A stretch of 63,814 nucleotides of DNA, filler included, from Octopus bimaculoides (GCF_001194135.2; 4 parts of 4 records of this genome joined end to end with filler, not necessarily neighbours in it); one strand, 5' to 3'; shown: positions 22,401-37,247, counted from the whole stretch's first letter. Notes: generated by a model from the letters alone, not told the origin. Numbers and translations: made by a program.

Positions 22401-23229
22401 TTTTACACTCCCTGTTCTAAGAAAGAAAGGAATGAGGAAGGTCTACGTACATTGTTGCTGGGTGTTCCGTCCTGCCGGTTAGTGAGTATGTTAACTATCA
22501 TATTTTTATAGATTCTGTCGGGGTATGTTTTTAGTTGGTTGCATGCACATTATGATGTTTTTAGAATTTGCATATGTGTTGGTATGCTCCCGTTGGTGCT
22601 GCTGCTATTTTTGCTTTTGGTGTTGTTGCTGCTGCGGTAATGGCATCGCCGACAGTGAGGAGGGCTTTCTGCCCTCAACCGGCACGAAGAGTTACAAACC
22701 ACCTAGGGGTGATCAAGACCAGGATGGTTTCCATACTTTCTTGATCCAATTAGCTCAACAGTTCCTCCCCTAGCCGACTAATTTTTCCTCTGTTGCCTAC
22801 GGCCCAGTAATATGTTGGTTTTGTTCTCTTGTCAAATAAAACATCCGCTAATTCCAGTGGTACATTGGACAGTTATTTTCACTACTCTCTGGTATGTGGA
22901 CCAGTTCGTCACTCTTTAGGAGTATTACAGAATGCTTCTGTCCTTCTTGTTTGGAAATCTCATCTGTACTATACCGAATCTTTTCCCTCTAGCAACTTAC
23001 GTTTTGGTGTCTCAGAGTGGTTTAAGACACTTTTCGATGTGACACTGGGTCTCTTGTTCCACTTACCCGCTTCTCAGTCTATATATTTATATATACACAT
23101 TTATATATGATAGATTTCTGGTATGTGTCTTCTTCGACATTTTGAGGCACGTTTAAAGGAATCGTGTGGCCACCTTTAGTGAGGAAGTGTTTCACATCTT
23201 TCAAGTCATACTGAGGTAAAGCAATTACT

Positions 23230-24945
23230 TCTTTTGCTTGGGTCCCGTAGGCGAAACCGCCACGAGTGGATTTGTTTGTCGCAATGTCATCGCCCAACAG
23301 CACATAAAGCAAAACGCATAAATTGGACAAGAGAGGACTATAGAGATGTTTTGAAAGCTCTTTATACAACCCGACTAAACCCAGCCAATAACCTCATACT
23401 ACAAACATACACTTCATGGAGAAATTTTGAGCAAGATTGAAACAACGTATTTAGTTGAAAGCCCAACGGCTTAGAAGGTATGATAAAAGAATCAAATTGT
23501 ATCGTCAAAACAAAATATTCAAGACAAATGCAAAGACATTTTATAGTGCAAGTAAGATAGGGGTAAAGAAGCCACCTAAGACTAAAGAGGTGGAAGAGTT
23601 CTAGAAGAAGGTATGGAGAAACAAAAAGAATATAATGCTGAAGCTGACTGGATAGAGCGTGAGAAGCTGAGACTGGATGAAGCTGAAGAGCAGAAATGAG
23701 AGGCGATAGGAATAGAAGAGCTAAGATGTGTCCTTAGAAAGTTTTATAAATAGAAAACCACAGGACTGGACCAGATCCCAAACTTCTGGCTGAATTGTTT
23801 GACAGAAGTACTTGAAAATTTCGCTGCATCTCTTATGTCATTCAGAACCCAGAGCAAATACCTGTTTGGCTGACGGAAGCAACTACATACCTACTACCAA
23901 AAACTGAAGACAAAAATCCCTAAGATTTACCGACCAATAACATGTCTCAGCACCACTTACAAGATCGTCACATCCATACTAACTGAAAGAATATACGCTT
24001 TCCTTGAACGGAACTCTATCCTTTCACAAGCTCAAAAGGGTTGTAAAAAAATTCTTATGAGTGCAAAGACCAATTGCTCATAAATAGAATGGTTGTAGAG
24101 AATTTCCGGAGCAAAATCAAGAACTTGTGTATAACATGGATGGACTACTGAAGGCGTTTGATAGTGTCGTACATAAATTGATACTCAAGGCCCTTGCGAT
24201 ATGCAAGATCTCTCGTGTCATCTCCAGATTCTTACAAAATAGCATAGTCATGGCCAAGTGGAACACACGTCTCTTTCTAAACCATAGTAATGGAACGAGC
24301 CAATCCAACAACATCAACATCAAACGAGGCATCTTTCAAGATGACTTCCTCTCCCTATTATTGTTTTGCATAGCACTCATCCCGCTCTCAAACGAATTGA
24401 ATAACACCAGGTAATAATATAAGAAACCATCTTTTTTACATGGACGATCTGAAGCTGATTGCTAGGAATGATCAAGAACTAGTAGGGCTTCTAACAACCG
24501 TTAAAGAGTTTAGCAATGACATCGTGATGGATTTTGGCCTCAAGTGTGCTAAAGCAACTTTTGTAAGAGGCAAGCTCAGACAAACAGCTTCCATTAAATT
24601 AGATACCGATGCTACCATCAAGGAACTTGACCCACAAGAAAGTTATAAATATCTGGGACTAAACGAAGGAGATGGTATACATTATGCAACTATGAAGGAA
24701 AAAATAAGAAACGAGTACTATAGGAGAATAAGACTAGTTACGGAAGACTGAACTCAACTCGAAAAATCGCATTAACACCCTGGTACTTCCAGCAGTTCAA
24801 TAGTTTTAGAATCATTAACTGGAATCCGACAGAGCTCCAAGGCCTGGACAGGAAGACAAGAAAATTATTGAGATCTAAGAACATGCACCACCCGAAAGCA
24901 GACGGTGGCCATCTGTACCTACCTAGAAGTAGAAGAAGATGAATG
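23230..24945 (+). mobile_element. Defective R4/Dong-clade non-LTR retrotransposon (N-terminus + RT)
   Basis: RINWTRED..., QRLRRYDKR, TGLDQIPNFWL, TTYLLPK, YRPITCLST.YKI, AFDSV.H, GIFQDD.LS.LLF, YMDDLKL, YKYLG, LDRKTRK, MHHPKAD..LYLPR; many stops and frameshifts. Confidence 0.9.
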
Positions 24946-25009
24946 ATGATTCTATAACATCTCCACTTTTAAACAACATGAATCTTCCAATAGGATAGGC
25001 GCTTTGAAG

Positions 25010-25330
25010 GTCCTCGTAAAAAACCCACAAAAGCCACAGGTGCCTGATCAACAGGGCAAGAGCCCTTCTTTAATTTTTCACAGGTGTATGCTCAGAATTG
25101 GTCCTTTCACACTGGCCATTCTTCCAACATTCACCCACCTTTCAACAAACTTTCTAGAAGGCAACACTTCCCTCTCCACCCTCAACTTCCTTTTCAAGTG
25201 AAACTTGAAGAAGTTGATGAGGGCTTGGCTAAAGAGGAAAGTGTCTGACTTTAGCCCTTTCAGACGAGTCCACCATACTACTTCTTTCGCTACAGCCACC
25301 AGACAAATAAAAACTGCCTGCCCCTCCCGG
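25010..25330 (-). mobile_element. L1/Tx1-like ORF2 3'-end fragment
   Basis: LVAVAKEVVWWTRLKG...FFKFHLKRKLRVER..L...FVERW resembles Tx1-type C-termini. Confidence 0.5.
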
Positions 25331-25664
25331 CCAAAAGAGGGCGGCGGAGCAATCTTTACTATGGATTCNNNNNNNNNNNNNNNNNNNNNNNNNNNNNNNN
25401 NNNNNNNNNNNNTTAATTAATTAANNNNNNNNNNNNNNNNNNNNNNNNNNNNNNNNNNNNNNNNNNNNAATATTCAAACACTGAGATTTGAAGTTAGATG
25501 TCACTACTGTTCATATCATCTGTAGATAAATTCAAAATTTGATGATATCACCAGTAGTAGCATTGGTGGAACGCAGTTATGATAGCTTTACGGAGCTATG
25601 AAATATCGTAATGATGCTTAATGAGCATGTAGCTGCTAGAAATAAGATATATGTTGCTAGCTCT

Positions 25665-26345
25665 CGCCCACGCTGTCACACCTGCCCCTACCTCTCCAAC
25701 ATCACCATCTTCACTGGCATCCATCACCGTCTCTAACACGTAACCGACTCCTTTGCCTGCACCTCTAGTAATGCCTGCTTTCTCTGTCCTTCCCTGTACA
25801 TTACTAAAATGGGACGCTGTCAGAATTAGTCATATATACATTCTCTGTAGTATATGTGTACCACATATTAGTGGAATACTAAAAGATAGATACAGTGTAT
25901 ACATGCTTACACACACACACACACATGCACATAAAATATAATTAACAGATATATATAGTTTGACAGATGCCGACCATGCTGTCGCGCCCACCCCTACCTC
26001 CCTAGCACCACCAAACTCACTGACATGTATCACCGTCCCTGTCACGTAACAGACACATTTACCTGCACCTCTAGTAATGTTATTTACTGCATCTCCTGTT
26101 TTCTGTGTCCTTCCCTACACAAATGGGACGCCGCTTCGCTGACCGGTTCGGTGAGCAGCTCCAAGGAAAGCATCAGACTTGACAATGACACGCTAGTCTC
26201 CCCTAATTGTGCTCTACCGGTCATTCGCTACGTCATCTGTCTGTGTTCCGATTGTCTCTGCACATGAGCCACCTGGACTTCCGCTTTGCTGTGAATAGGA
26301 ATTTATCTTCTCTCTTCGTTCTTTTGCACCATATAGGCTCAACTT
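25665..26345 (+). mobile_element. Two tandem Penelope-like GIY-YIG fragments
   Basis: RCHTCPYLSNITIFTG...FACTSSN and DTFTCTSSNVIYCISC...GRRFADRFGEQL; separated by a TA/CA microsatellite. Confidence 0.8.
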
Positions 26346-27459
26346 ACTACCTCTCTTCATCTGACACCAACCCTAAACGGATTCATATAGACCTCCCACA
26401 TCCCACTATGGACAACGTTCATCTATTTATAAATGTATTACTAATGCATTTTCAATGCTCGATACTTGCAACGCAGAAGTTACAAATTCACGCTGACTAC
26501 AAATGTTATCAAAAACTTTAAAGACCGTCGATAAGATATTCCTAACATCAGGTTGGATTATATCTTCGAACACCATTATATATTGCAGAAATGGAAACTA
26601 CTCCTAATTATACATGACCGGAAAACTTAAGACAATAACACTGTTGACAAACGTCCTAAATGAAAGAGAGAAAACCACCAACCCATCATGTTCCTAATGA
26701 TATTCCAGTTTCAAAGCTTGATCAGTATTGAACTAACTTAACTACATTGCGATTAACAATATTTCCCGGCTTGGGAAACCTATCTTGGGACTAACAGTCT
26801 CTCTTTGCTAAATGTTATCAACTGCACACGTCTACAACAGCAACAGCTCTAATAATGGTTTCAAGTAATGGGGCAGGGCTAGCAATTAGTGGGGAGGTGG
26901 TAACTTAATTACATGAAACCCAGGGTTCGACTGGTACTTCTTTTATGGTCCTCGAAAGAATAAAAGGCAAAGTCGACCTCAGCGGAATATGAACTCAGAA
27001 CATAAAGACGGACAAAATTCCGCTAAGGATTTTTCCCGGCGTTCTAACGTTTCTGCTAACTCCTCGCTTTATTCAACACCTTTAATAATAACACACACAC
27101 ACACACTTCCATTGTAGACCATATGACATGTCTACATCCACTCATCGACTACGACATTCACAACATACCTTCTCCCAACCACTACGATCGAATAATGTGA
27201 TCACATGATATTTCTCTAAAGATGATGTCTCGGATATACAGAAGCTGACCAACCAATCGCTTTATAGTTGGAAGCAATCTCTACAACACCATATGACCAT
27301 ACTGACACGTTGTGTGTTTACATAGACACTGACGCATATATAAGTGTATGCATGAGAGTGTATGTGTATATTTATGCATATACATACATTCAAGCGTATA
27401 TGTGTGTGAGGGTGCGTGTTCGCGCGCATGTGTGTGTGTGTGTGTGTGTGTGTGGGTGT

Positions 27460-27505
<46 letters not shown>

Positions 27506-28109
27506 NNNNNNNNNNNNNNNNNNNNNNNNNNNNNNNNNNNNNNNNNNNNNNNNNNNNNNNNNNNNNNNNNNNNNNNNNNNNNNNNNNNNNNNNNNNNNNN
27601 NNNNNNNNNNNNNNNNNNNNNNNNNNNNNNNNNNNNNNNNNNNNNNNNNNNNNNNNNNNNNNNNNNNNNNNNNNNNNNNNNNNNNNNNNNNNNNNNNNNN
27701 NNNNNNNNNNNNNNNNNNNNNNNNNNNNNNNNNNNNNNNNNNNNNNNNNNNNNNNNNNNNNNNNNNNNNNNNNNNNNNNNNNNNNNNNNNNNNNNNNNNN
27801 NNNNNNNNNNNNNNNNNNNNNNNNNNNNNNNNNNNNNNNNNNNNNNNNNNNNNNNNNNNNNNNNNNNNNNNNNNNNNNNNNNNNNNNNNNNNNNNNNNNN
27901 NNNNNNNNNNNNNNNNNNNNNNNNNNNNNNNNNNNNNNNNNNNNNNNNNNNNNNNNNNNNNNNNNNNNNNNNNNNNNNNNNNNNNNNNNNNNNNNNNNNN
28001 NNNNNNNNNNNNNNNNNNNNNNNNNNNNNNNNNNNNNNNNNNNNNNNNNNNNNNNNNNNNNNNNNNNNNNNNNNNNNNNNNNNNNNNNNNNNNNNNNNNN
28101 NNNNNNNNN

Positions 28110-28146
<37 letters not shown>

Positions 28147-30603
28147 AGAGGAATAAATCATTGTCCCATTCCATTTTCTTTTTCGCTGTTTCTTTTATAT
28201 AACGTGTCTACTTTCCGATCTTTTCTCAAACGTTTACTGATAGCGTTCAGTGAAAGCTGCTGTTGAAGTGTAAGGCTGTCTATAATCTGAAATTCCGACG
28301 AAACCCATAACTTGATCGAACCAACACAAAAGCAAGATAATTCTTTTGTGATGAATCCTTTGCACACTCACATACACACACATAGCCACAATGCATATAC
28401 CACACAGTTAATAGCATCATTTTAGCTGCGTTTTCGATATCTTCTTTTCTTTTCGTTCCTATCAGTATTCTTTACAACAAACCTATCTTGACGCGACATA
28501 TTCATTGATTTTGCAAGAAGTATCTTCAGAAACACCAGATTAGCTCTCACAGAAATAGACAGCAGACACGGGAAGACAAGAAGGAGTTTACTATAAACAT
28601 AGATATAATAATAGAATCAGTAGAATAGAGAAACAGTCCGATAATAATTCATAGATTCAGATGCATGACATAGAAATGCATAGAATCATACCCATCCACA
28701 ATCACTCCACTCCACACACACGCACTCACACACACATTCACACACGCACGTATAGAGATTTTCGATGTAGTTGTGTAATCTGGAAATGTATTATAAACTA
28801 TATATGCACATATATATCATCATATCTCCGTGAGTGTGTGTGTATATTATATTATTCATATACAGGTTATCAATTGCTGCATATGGATTGTAAATACATA
28901 CCAATGTATATGTTTTCCCTAATGCATCCATTAATGAGCGAAGGGACAATGAGAAAGAAAAATCTAATTAGAAAAACATGTGTTAGTTTCCTTTTCTCAC
29001 TCGATTATAACGAGTGAAAAATGTATGTCACTATTTTCTGTTGCAACCTCGAAGCCAGATTAAATACAATACAATGTCGAATATGCATGCGTGACACACA
29101 CAACCTAAGTAGATCAGACACACAAACGTGAAATCAACGTGCCAGGAGAAATGTAGAATGTGTTATTCCAAATTCGCTGTAATTTCACTGCAACCTCAGT
29201 ACAGCTTTTAATGGTTAGCTTTCCATATTAAACATTAGATCTTTTATTTGCAAAAAATCTGTTTGATCTCTTTAAATATGGACATAAGCTCATAAAACGT
29301 GACACACTTCTCAAAGTTTTATATATATGTATATACATATATATGTATATATATATATGTATATATATATATATNNNNNNNNNNNNNNNNNNNNNNNNNN
29401 NNNNNNNNNNNNNNNNNNNNNNNNNNNNNNNNNNNNNNNNNNNNNNNNNNNNNNNNNNNNNNNNNNNNNNNNNNNNNNNNNNNNNNNNNNNNNNNNNNNN
29501 NNNNNNNNNNNNNNNNNNNNNNNNNNNNNNNNNNNNNNNNNNNNNNNNNNNNNNNNNNNNNNNNNNNNNNNNNNNNNNNNNNNNNNNNNNNNNTATATAT
29601 ATATATATATATTTGAAGGTTTGGAGGTGATGTACAGACCACATAGTAATCTAATTCAGAGGCGTATAATGCAGATTTATTTGTTGCTGAAATCCAGAAG
29701 ATCATGACCTCTAATATTCATAAATAAATTAAATTTACACATGTGTGCTGAACTAAATACCCAACAGAAAAGTTATCATTTTTGGGTCAGCTCTTGCAAA
29801 ATATAATGAGTTTCACCTGTCGAGGTAGAGTAACTTGAAGAAGGTAATTGTGGTAAGATGGTGGGTTTCGCACATTTATATGTGATTTTCTGGTCAATGG
29901 GTGTGGTGATGGAAAGTATGATAAAAAAAAGCAAGGAACAAAGAAGACAGGGAGAGGGGAAAAAAGGCTTAATAATAGAAAGAAAATAAAAGAAATGGTA
30001 AAAATAAAGGTGAGTAAAAGAAAGAAAAGAAAGAGAAAAATGAGAGAGTGGTAGTAAGAATAGACAAAGTCGAGGTAGAGGAAATGAGTAGGAGAGCATG
30101 GAGTAGTGTGTATTAAAATGGTCAAACTGCAATGGATAAATACGAAAACTTTAGTAGAAGAATAGCAGATAACAAAGTTTGGAATCAATAGCTTTTAAGG
30201 GAAGAAGTGAATGAATGAAGAAGTAAATGGTAAAATGTGATAATATGGCAGTTACAACGAATAACAACAGGGGTACTGGGTTAAGGGAATTTAAAAAATA
30301 TAACTAAAGAGTAACGTGGTATATTTGTTATATTTTTTTCTACATCTGCAATGAAAAGGATTGAATATATACGTATATGCGTGTGTGTGTGAGTGTGCGT
30401 GTGTGTGTGTGTGTGTGTCAGCGTGTGTCTAAGTGTAAGTGTGTGTATGTATATGTGTTCGCGTGGGCACATATGTGTGAGCGTGTGCGTACGTGTTCCT
30501 GTGTGTAAATGCAAATCCTATCAATTGCCAGTTATAATTTGCCTGAAAATTCCGAGCACCGAAATTTGAATCTAAAGTAGTAAGACAACGACTCTACCTG
30601 TGT

Positions 30604-30635
<32 letters not shown>

Positions 30636-30755
30636 ACACACACACACATGCGCACACACGCGCACACACAGAGATAATTTACTTCCTTAAAACTCACAAG
30701 TCGGGTTCACACTGGTGTTATCTCGAAGCGAAACTCACACACAAAAAATATATGC

Positions 30756-30808
<53 letters not shown>

Positions 30809-31439
30809 CGAACTTGGTGAACTATATCAAGCAATCATATATCAGTAAATTAAGATAGAATTGACAATCAAGTTAATTACTCATAAATGACAACAGGCAA
30901 ATCCAATTATCTCTAAGAAGATTTTCTAGAAATCCAGAGTGTTTGACAAAATGAATAAACATGGACAAAATCAAATCTTTAACTGATGATAGCATACTTC
31001 ACCGACAGTAGTTCTTATTGTGCTGGCGTATTTAGAGATAGAAAAAAAGTGCGAAATACTAGTCAAATGCATATAACCAAACAATTGTGCTAATAGAATG
31101 TTATCATTTTTATCTAAAACGAATTAAATCCAAAGTAAACTGAAATAATATCTCCAATACGTGCTGGCTTACAAAAAGAACGTTAAGAAGGAAAATAATA
31201 TTCCAAGAAAAGCCAATTTAGTTTGTAAACTTATGGCAACAACAGTAGATATGAAGAGAATAAAAAATAGAGACTCTAGCTATTGATATATGCTAAATAA
31301 ATTAAGAAAAAAATTAGCTTAATATGTGAGAGGAAAAGAAACTATAATTAAGTTGTTATTCATGATTGAACTATTAAAATGTTTTCTATATGTATGGGAA
31401 CAATTCAATGTAAGACTGTTTATACAAATCAATACTTCA

Positions 31440-31740
31440 AATTTTGAAGTAATTATATGATACATTTCCTCTAGTTTTGTACGATGGCGCGTAACTAATA
31501 ATGAACTCTTTTATATCGTAATTAATGTTCTTTAAATCCCAAATGCATTTACAAAGATTCTGAGAATTACATTTTCTTCTAAACTTCGCTGTAAAAGAAA
31601 GGTCATGTAATCTAGATTTACAACTTTTGCAGAAGAATTTATGTAATAACACGTACGATTTTCTCCAATACGTTACGTTGACATACTATATTCTTCAACA
31701 CTGATTTTCTAAGGACACATAACCTTGTTTCTAAAATTAC
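31440..31740 (-). mobile_element. Penelope-like GIY-YIG fragment
   Basis: KCIWDLKNINYDIK..IISYAPSYK; same type as 12680-13100. Confidence 0.55.
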
Positions 31741-31840
31741 AAAAGCGTCTATTTACTCATGGTTAAAAGAATTAGTACTCACCCCATTCTCAGAATTATG
31801 TCGCTCAAGGATTATTAGCTGTATACAATATATATACATG

Positions 31841-31873
<33 letters not shown>

Positions 31874-32113
31874 NNNNNNNNNNNNNNNNNNNNNNNNNNN
31901 NNNNNNNNNNNNNNNNNNNNNNNNNNNNNNNNNNNNNNNNNNNNNNNNNNNNNNNNNNNNNNNNNNNNNNNNNNNNTGTGAAACTCTGAGTAACAGCTTT
32001 CGTTATATTTCTGGTGCTTTTAAATAATGCATATTATTCTACCTCTAGTATTTGAGTACTCTTTTTTTCACCTTCTGTCACATGTATGTGCTTACTCCGG
32101 GATATACATACAT

Positions 32114-32154
<41 letters not shown>

Positions 32155-32588
32155 TTCATGTAAGGGAAGCCATTCATGTAGCAACACTGTAAAACTAAAA
32201 ACTTATTTCATGTTTAAGTACTCCAACTTTTCTTCTATTTACTTTTCTCTTCTTTCTCACTTTCAGATTATCTTAAACCTTCTAACGATACCAGCTATCT
32301 AACAGCAATAAGGTTTAGCAGAAAGGAAAACTTACTTAGGTATCATCAAATTTATTTCCAAATTCCTTTAAAGACGAAGCCTGGATATAAATATTCTCGT
32401 ATGCATAACGTAATATATGTCAAAATCTTTCATGCCGCAATCAGTTAAGACCTTGTACTGTTTCACATTAAATTATATCACATCATGTGTATTGAGGAAT
32501 AATGGACAAGTGCATTGAGGATGCTTATATTTTATTTCGCTTTTCTAAGAATCTGCGATGTACACAATAGGCTAAAAACCTCCTTATA

Positions 32589-32638
<50 letters not shown>

Positions 32639-32931
32639 NNNNNNNNNNNNNNNNNNNNNNNNNNNNNNNNNNNNNNNNNNNNTTAATTAATTAANNNNNN
32701 NNNNNNNNNNNNNNNNNNNNNNNNNNNNNNNNNNNNNNACAACAACAATCATCGATTCTCCTTCATCAGTATCATGAGCATCATCACCATCACCTCTACC
32801 ACTACCATCAACCCCTTCGTACCTCGTCCACGCCACCCTCAGCACCACTACCGTGGCGACAACCATGGCCACCTCCACCACCGTCGACATCACCACCGCA
32901 ACCCCTATCTCCATCTTCATCGTCGTCGTCG

Positions 32932-32987
<56 letters not shown>

Positions 32988-33381
32988 GTCATTAGTAGCA
33001 GCAACTTATATCCGCCGATGTATGATGGCAATAAGGTGAGTGTGTGTATGTTTGTCTTTGTGAATCCGTATGCGTTTATTTCTTTGTACGTATGTATGTA
33101 AGTCAGTGCATGTCCGAATGTATATACATGCATATGTTTCGTATGAGCATCTCTATATGTAGATGTGCGACATTATGTCTATGTGTGCGTGTATGTAAAT
33201 GTATGTCTATATTCATGAATGCAAATGTGCGTCTGTGTGTCTGAGTGCGCATGCGTGTTCATGTGTATGCATGTTTACTTAAGTTCGTGCATGTGCATTC
33301 TGAGTGCATATGCGTATGTGTATGAGTATGTACCCGACTATGTATATATATTTGTGTGTGTATGGGTAGAAATATGAATGC

Positions 33382-33440
<59 letters not shown>

Positions 33441-33612
33441 TATATATGCGTGTGTATCTTAAGTACATGTTTGTATGCATGTACATATACACATGTGTGT
33501 AAGTATATATGCTTGTATGTGTAAGAGTATATAGGCATGTGAATATATATGTATACATATAAGACAATATGTATGTCAATTAGCATGAACACATGTATAC
33601 GTATATATACCC

Positions 33613-33644
<32 letters not shown>

Positions 33645-34591
33645 TTGTGCGTATGTGTATGTATATATANNNNNNNNNNNNNNNNNNNNNNNNNNNNNNN
33701 NNNNNNNNNNNNNNNNNNNNNNNNNNNNNNNNNNNNNNNNNNNNNNNNNNNNNNNNNNNNNNNNNNNNNNNNNNNNNNNNNNNNNNNNNNNNNNNNNNNN
33801 NNNNNNNNNNNNNNNNNNNNNNNNNNNNNNNNNNNNNNNNNNNNNNNNNNNNNNNNNNNNNNNNNNNNNNNNNNNNNNNNNNNNNNNNNNNNNNNNNNNN
33901 NNNNNNNNNNNNNNNNNNNNNNNNNNNNNNNNNNNNNNNNNNNNNNNNNNNNNNNNNNNNNNNNNNNNNNNNNNNNNNNNNNNNNNNNNNNNNNNNNNNN
34001 NNNNNNNNNNNNNNNNNNNNNNNNNNNNNNNNNNNNNNNNNNNNNNNNNNNNNNNNNNNNNNNNNNNNNNNNNNNNNNNNNNNNNNNNNNNNNNNNNNNN
34101 NNNNNNNNNNNNNNNNNNNNNNNNNNNNNNNNNNNNNNNNNNNNNNNNNNNNNNNNNNNNNNNNNNNNNNNNNNNNNNNNNNNNNNNNNNNNNNNNNNNN
34201 NNNNNNNNNNNNNNNNNNNNNNNNNNNNNNNNNNNNNNNNNNNNNNNNNNNNNNNNNNNNNNNNNNNNNNNNNNNNNNNNNNNNNNNNNNNNNNNNNNNN
34301 NNNNNNNNNNNNNNNNNNNNNNNNNNNNNNNNNNNNNNNNNNNNNNNNNNNNNNNNNNNNNNNNNNNNNNNNNNNNNNNNNNNNNNNNNNNNNNNNNNNN
34401 NNNNNNNNNNNNNNNNNNNNNNNNNNNNNNNNNNNNNNNNNGGTGTCTGCGCATAGGATGGAGTGAATGACCGGAGTGATCATGTGACGAAGGCGGCGGC
34501 GGTTTGCGTCCGGTAGCGGTGGTGATGATGGTGGATTTTGCAGGTGTGTAGAGGCGTGTAACATTGTTGGGTTGTGTTGTGATTTGGTGGC

Positions 34592-34622
<31 letters not shown>

Positions 34623-34769
34623 ATTGCTGCTGCCTTTGCTGTTGTTGTTGTTATTTAATCCGAGACCATTCTTAATCGTGAAGACACGTGACGAAAAGAA
34701 GTTTCTGCTGTGACCAACACTTTTTGTTTATTGTTTTTTACTTTTTACTTTTGTCTTTTTGTCTTTTTG

Positions 34770-35150
34770 TCTTTTGACTGCGGCCATTCTGGGGCACCGT
34801 CTTGAAATTTTAGTCGAATGAATCGACTCCACTATTTTTCCTTTTCTTTAAAAGCGTGGTACTTACCCTATCGGTCTGTTTTGTCGAACCGCTAAGTTAC
34901 GGGGACGTAAATACACCAACACCGGTTGTCAAGCGGTGGCAGGGGGACAAACACAGACGCATAGACACACTCACACACATAGACACTAACATACATATAT
35001 ACGCCGGGTTTCTTTCAATTTCCGTCTAACAGATCCACTTACAAGGCTTTGGGTGCCCTGAGGCTATAGGAGAAAATACATGCCCTAGTTGCCATGCAGT
35101 GGGACTGAACCCGAAACCATGTGATTAGATCGTTGAGAAGCAAGCTTCTT
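34770..35150 (-). mobile_element. tRNA-derived SINE family B
   Basis: Reverse of head GGGTTCAGTCCCACTG; body CGGTTGTCAAGCG and AAGTTACGGGGACGTAAA; tail GACTGCGGCCAT. Confidence 0.85.
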
Positions 35151-36350
35151 TATTTCATTAAATTGGCCATTAAGGCCTTACAAAGAGGGGACAAACAAGG
35201 ACAGACAAAAGTAAAGAAGCTGCGGGCTGGACACGGACATTAATGAGATGAGGGTGATAAAAAAGGTTGAAATAAAAAATGGGAGGGGCACCGGCGCCCA
35301 CCGACCGATAACCCCTCGAATACATTTGTTCGAGCTAAATCCATATATTTATAATCACAATACATCACTTCATTTGCCTTTCAAGCAGGCTCTCCGCCGC
35401 ACACAGGCAATTCTCCATGCTCAGCTCAGCCTCCGTGCTGAAGCACACATATGAGAAGCCATCACAGGCGGCCTCCACCCTANNNNNNNNNNNNNNNNNN
35501 NNNNNNNNNNNNNNNNNNNNNNNNNNNNNNNNNNNNNNNNNNNNNNNNNNNNNNNNNNNNNNNNNNNNNNNNNNNNNNNNNNNNNNNNNNNNNNNNNNNN
35601 NNNNNNNNNNNNNNNNNNNNNNNNNNNNNNNNNNNNNNNNNNNNNNNNNNNNNNNNNNNNNNNNNNNNNNNNNNNNNNNNNNNNNNNNNNNNNNNNNNNN
35701 NNNNNNNNNNNNNNNNNNNNNNNNNNNNNNNNNNNNNNNNNNNNNNNNNNNNNNNNNNNNNNNNNNNNNNNNNNNNNNNNNNNNNNNNNNNNNNNNNNNN
35801 NNNNNNNNNNNNNNNNNNNNNNNNNNNNNNNNNNNNNNNNNNNNNNNNNNNNNNNNNNNNNNNNNNNNNNNNNNNNNNNNNNNNNNNNNNNNNNNNNNNN
35901 NNNNNNNNNNNNNNNNNNNNNNNNNNNNNNNNNNNNNNNNNNNNNNNNNNNNNNNNNNNNNNNNNNNNNNNNNNNNNNNNNNNNNNNNNNNNNNNNNNNN
36001 NNNNNNNNNNNNNNNNNNNNNNNNNNNNNNNNNNNNNNNNNNNNNNNNNNNNNNNNNNNNNNNNNNNNNNNNNNNNNNNNNNNNNNNNNNNNNNNNNNNN
36101 NNNNNNNNNNNNNNNNNNNNNNNNNNNNNNNNNNNNNNNNNNNNNNNNNNNNNNNNNNNNNNNNNNNNNNNNNNNNNNNNNNNNNNNNNNNNNNNNNNNN
36201 NNNNNNNNNNNNNNNNNNNNNNNNNNNNNNNNNNNNNNNNNNNNNNNNNNNNNNNNNNNNNNNNNNNNNNNNNNNNNNNNNNTATTATTTAAAGGCGGTG
36301 CCCCAGCATAGCCGCAGTCAAATGACTGAAACAAGTAAAAGAATAAAAGA

Positions 36351-36391
<41 letters not shown>

Positions 36392-36759
36392 GATGATGAT
36401 GATGATGATGATAGTGATGATGATGGTGACGGTGCTGGTGATGAAGAAGATGATGGCGGTGGTGGTTGTGGTGACCGTTGTCGTAACGATGTAGATGATG
36501 ATGGTAATGATGACGACACTGATGAAAAATGATGATGATAATGAAGATAATGAAGATGATAATGATGATAATGATGATGATGATGATGACGATGACGACG
36601 ACGACGACGACGTCTGACGAAGAAGAAGAAGAAGATGATGATGATGATGACGATGATGACAACGATAATGATGATGACGATGGTGATGTTACGATTCAGT
36701 AGGGGAACTTCTTAAGCACGTAGCTATGCGTAAACGCGTACCGGTGTATGTGCATCGGC

Positions 36760-36790
<31 letters not shown>

Positions 36791-36980
36791 TGCGTGTGTG
36801 TGTGCATAAATGCGTATGTGTGCGTGATTCTGTAGGATGGAGATAATGATGGGCATTGAAATAATCTTTAAAATATGAAAATAAAAAATGTAATCATGAC
36901 TACCAGGGTGGAACATATACGGGTTGTAGTAAACCAATCTTGACGGTAAATACAATTTTAAACATTAAAAAATATTTTAC

Positions 36981-37247
36981 CTTTTACTTGTTTCAGTCAT
37001 TAGACTGCGGCCATGTAGGGGCACCGCCTTGAAGAGTTTTTGTCAGATGAATCGACCCCAGTACTTATTATTTCTTTTTGTTTTTTTTGCTCAGCCTGCT
37101 ACTTATTCTATTAGTTCTTTTGCCGAACCGGTAAGTTACGGGGACGTAAACACACCAACACCAGTTGTCAAGCGGTATGAGAGACAAACATAGATACAAA
37201 GACACACACACACACACACACACATCGTATATCTACCTATCTATATC

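Noticed and set aside
25413-25424. TTAATTAATTAA island inside gaps (also 32683-32694 and 56655-56666)
   Set aside because: Identical 12-mer flanked by Ns on both sides, with stops in all frames: a scaffolding linker artefact.
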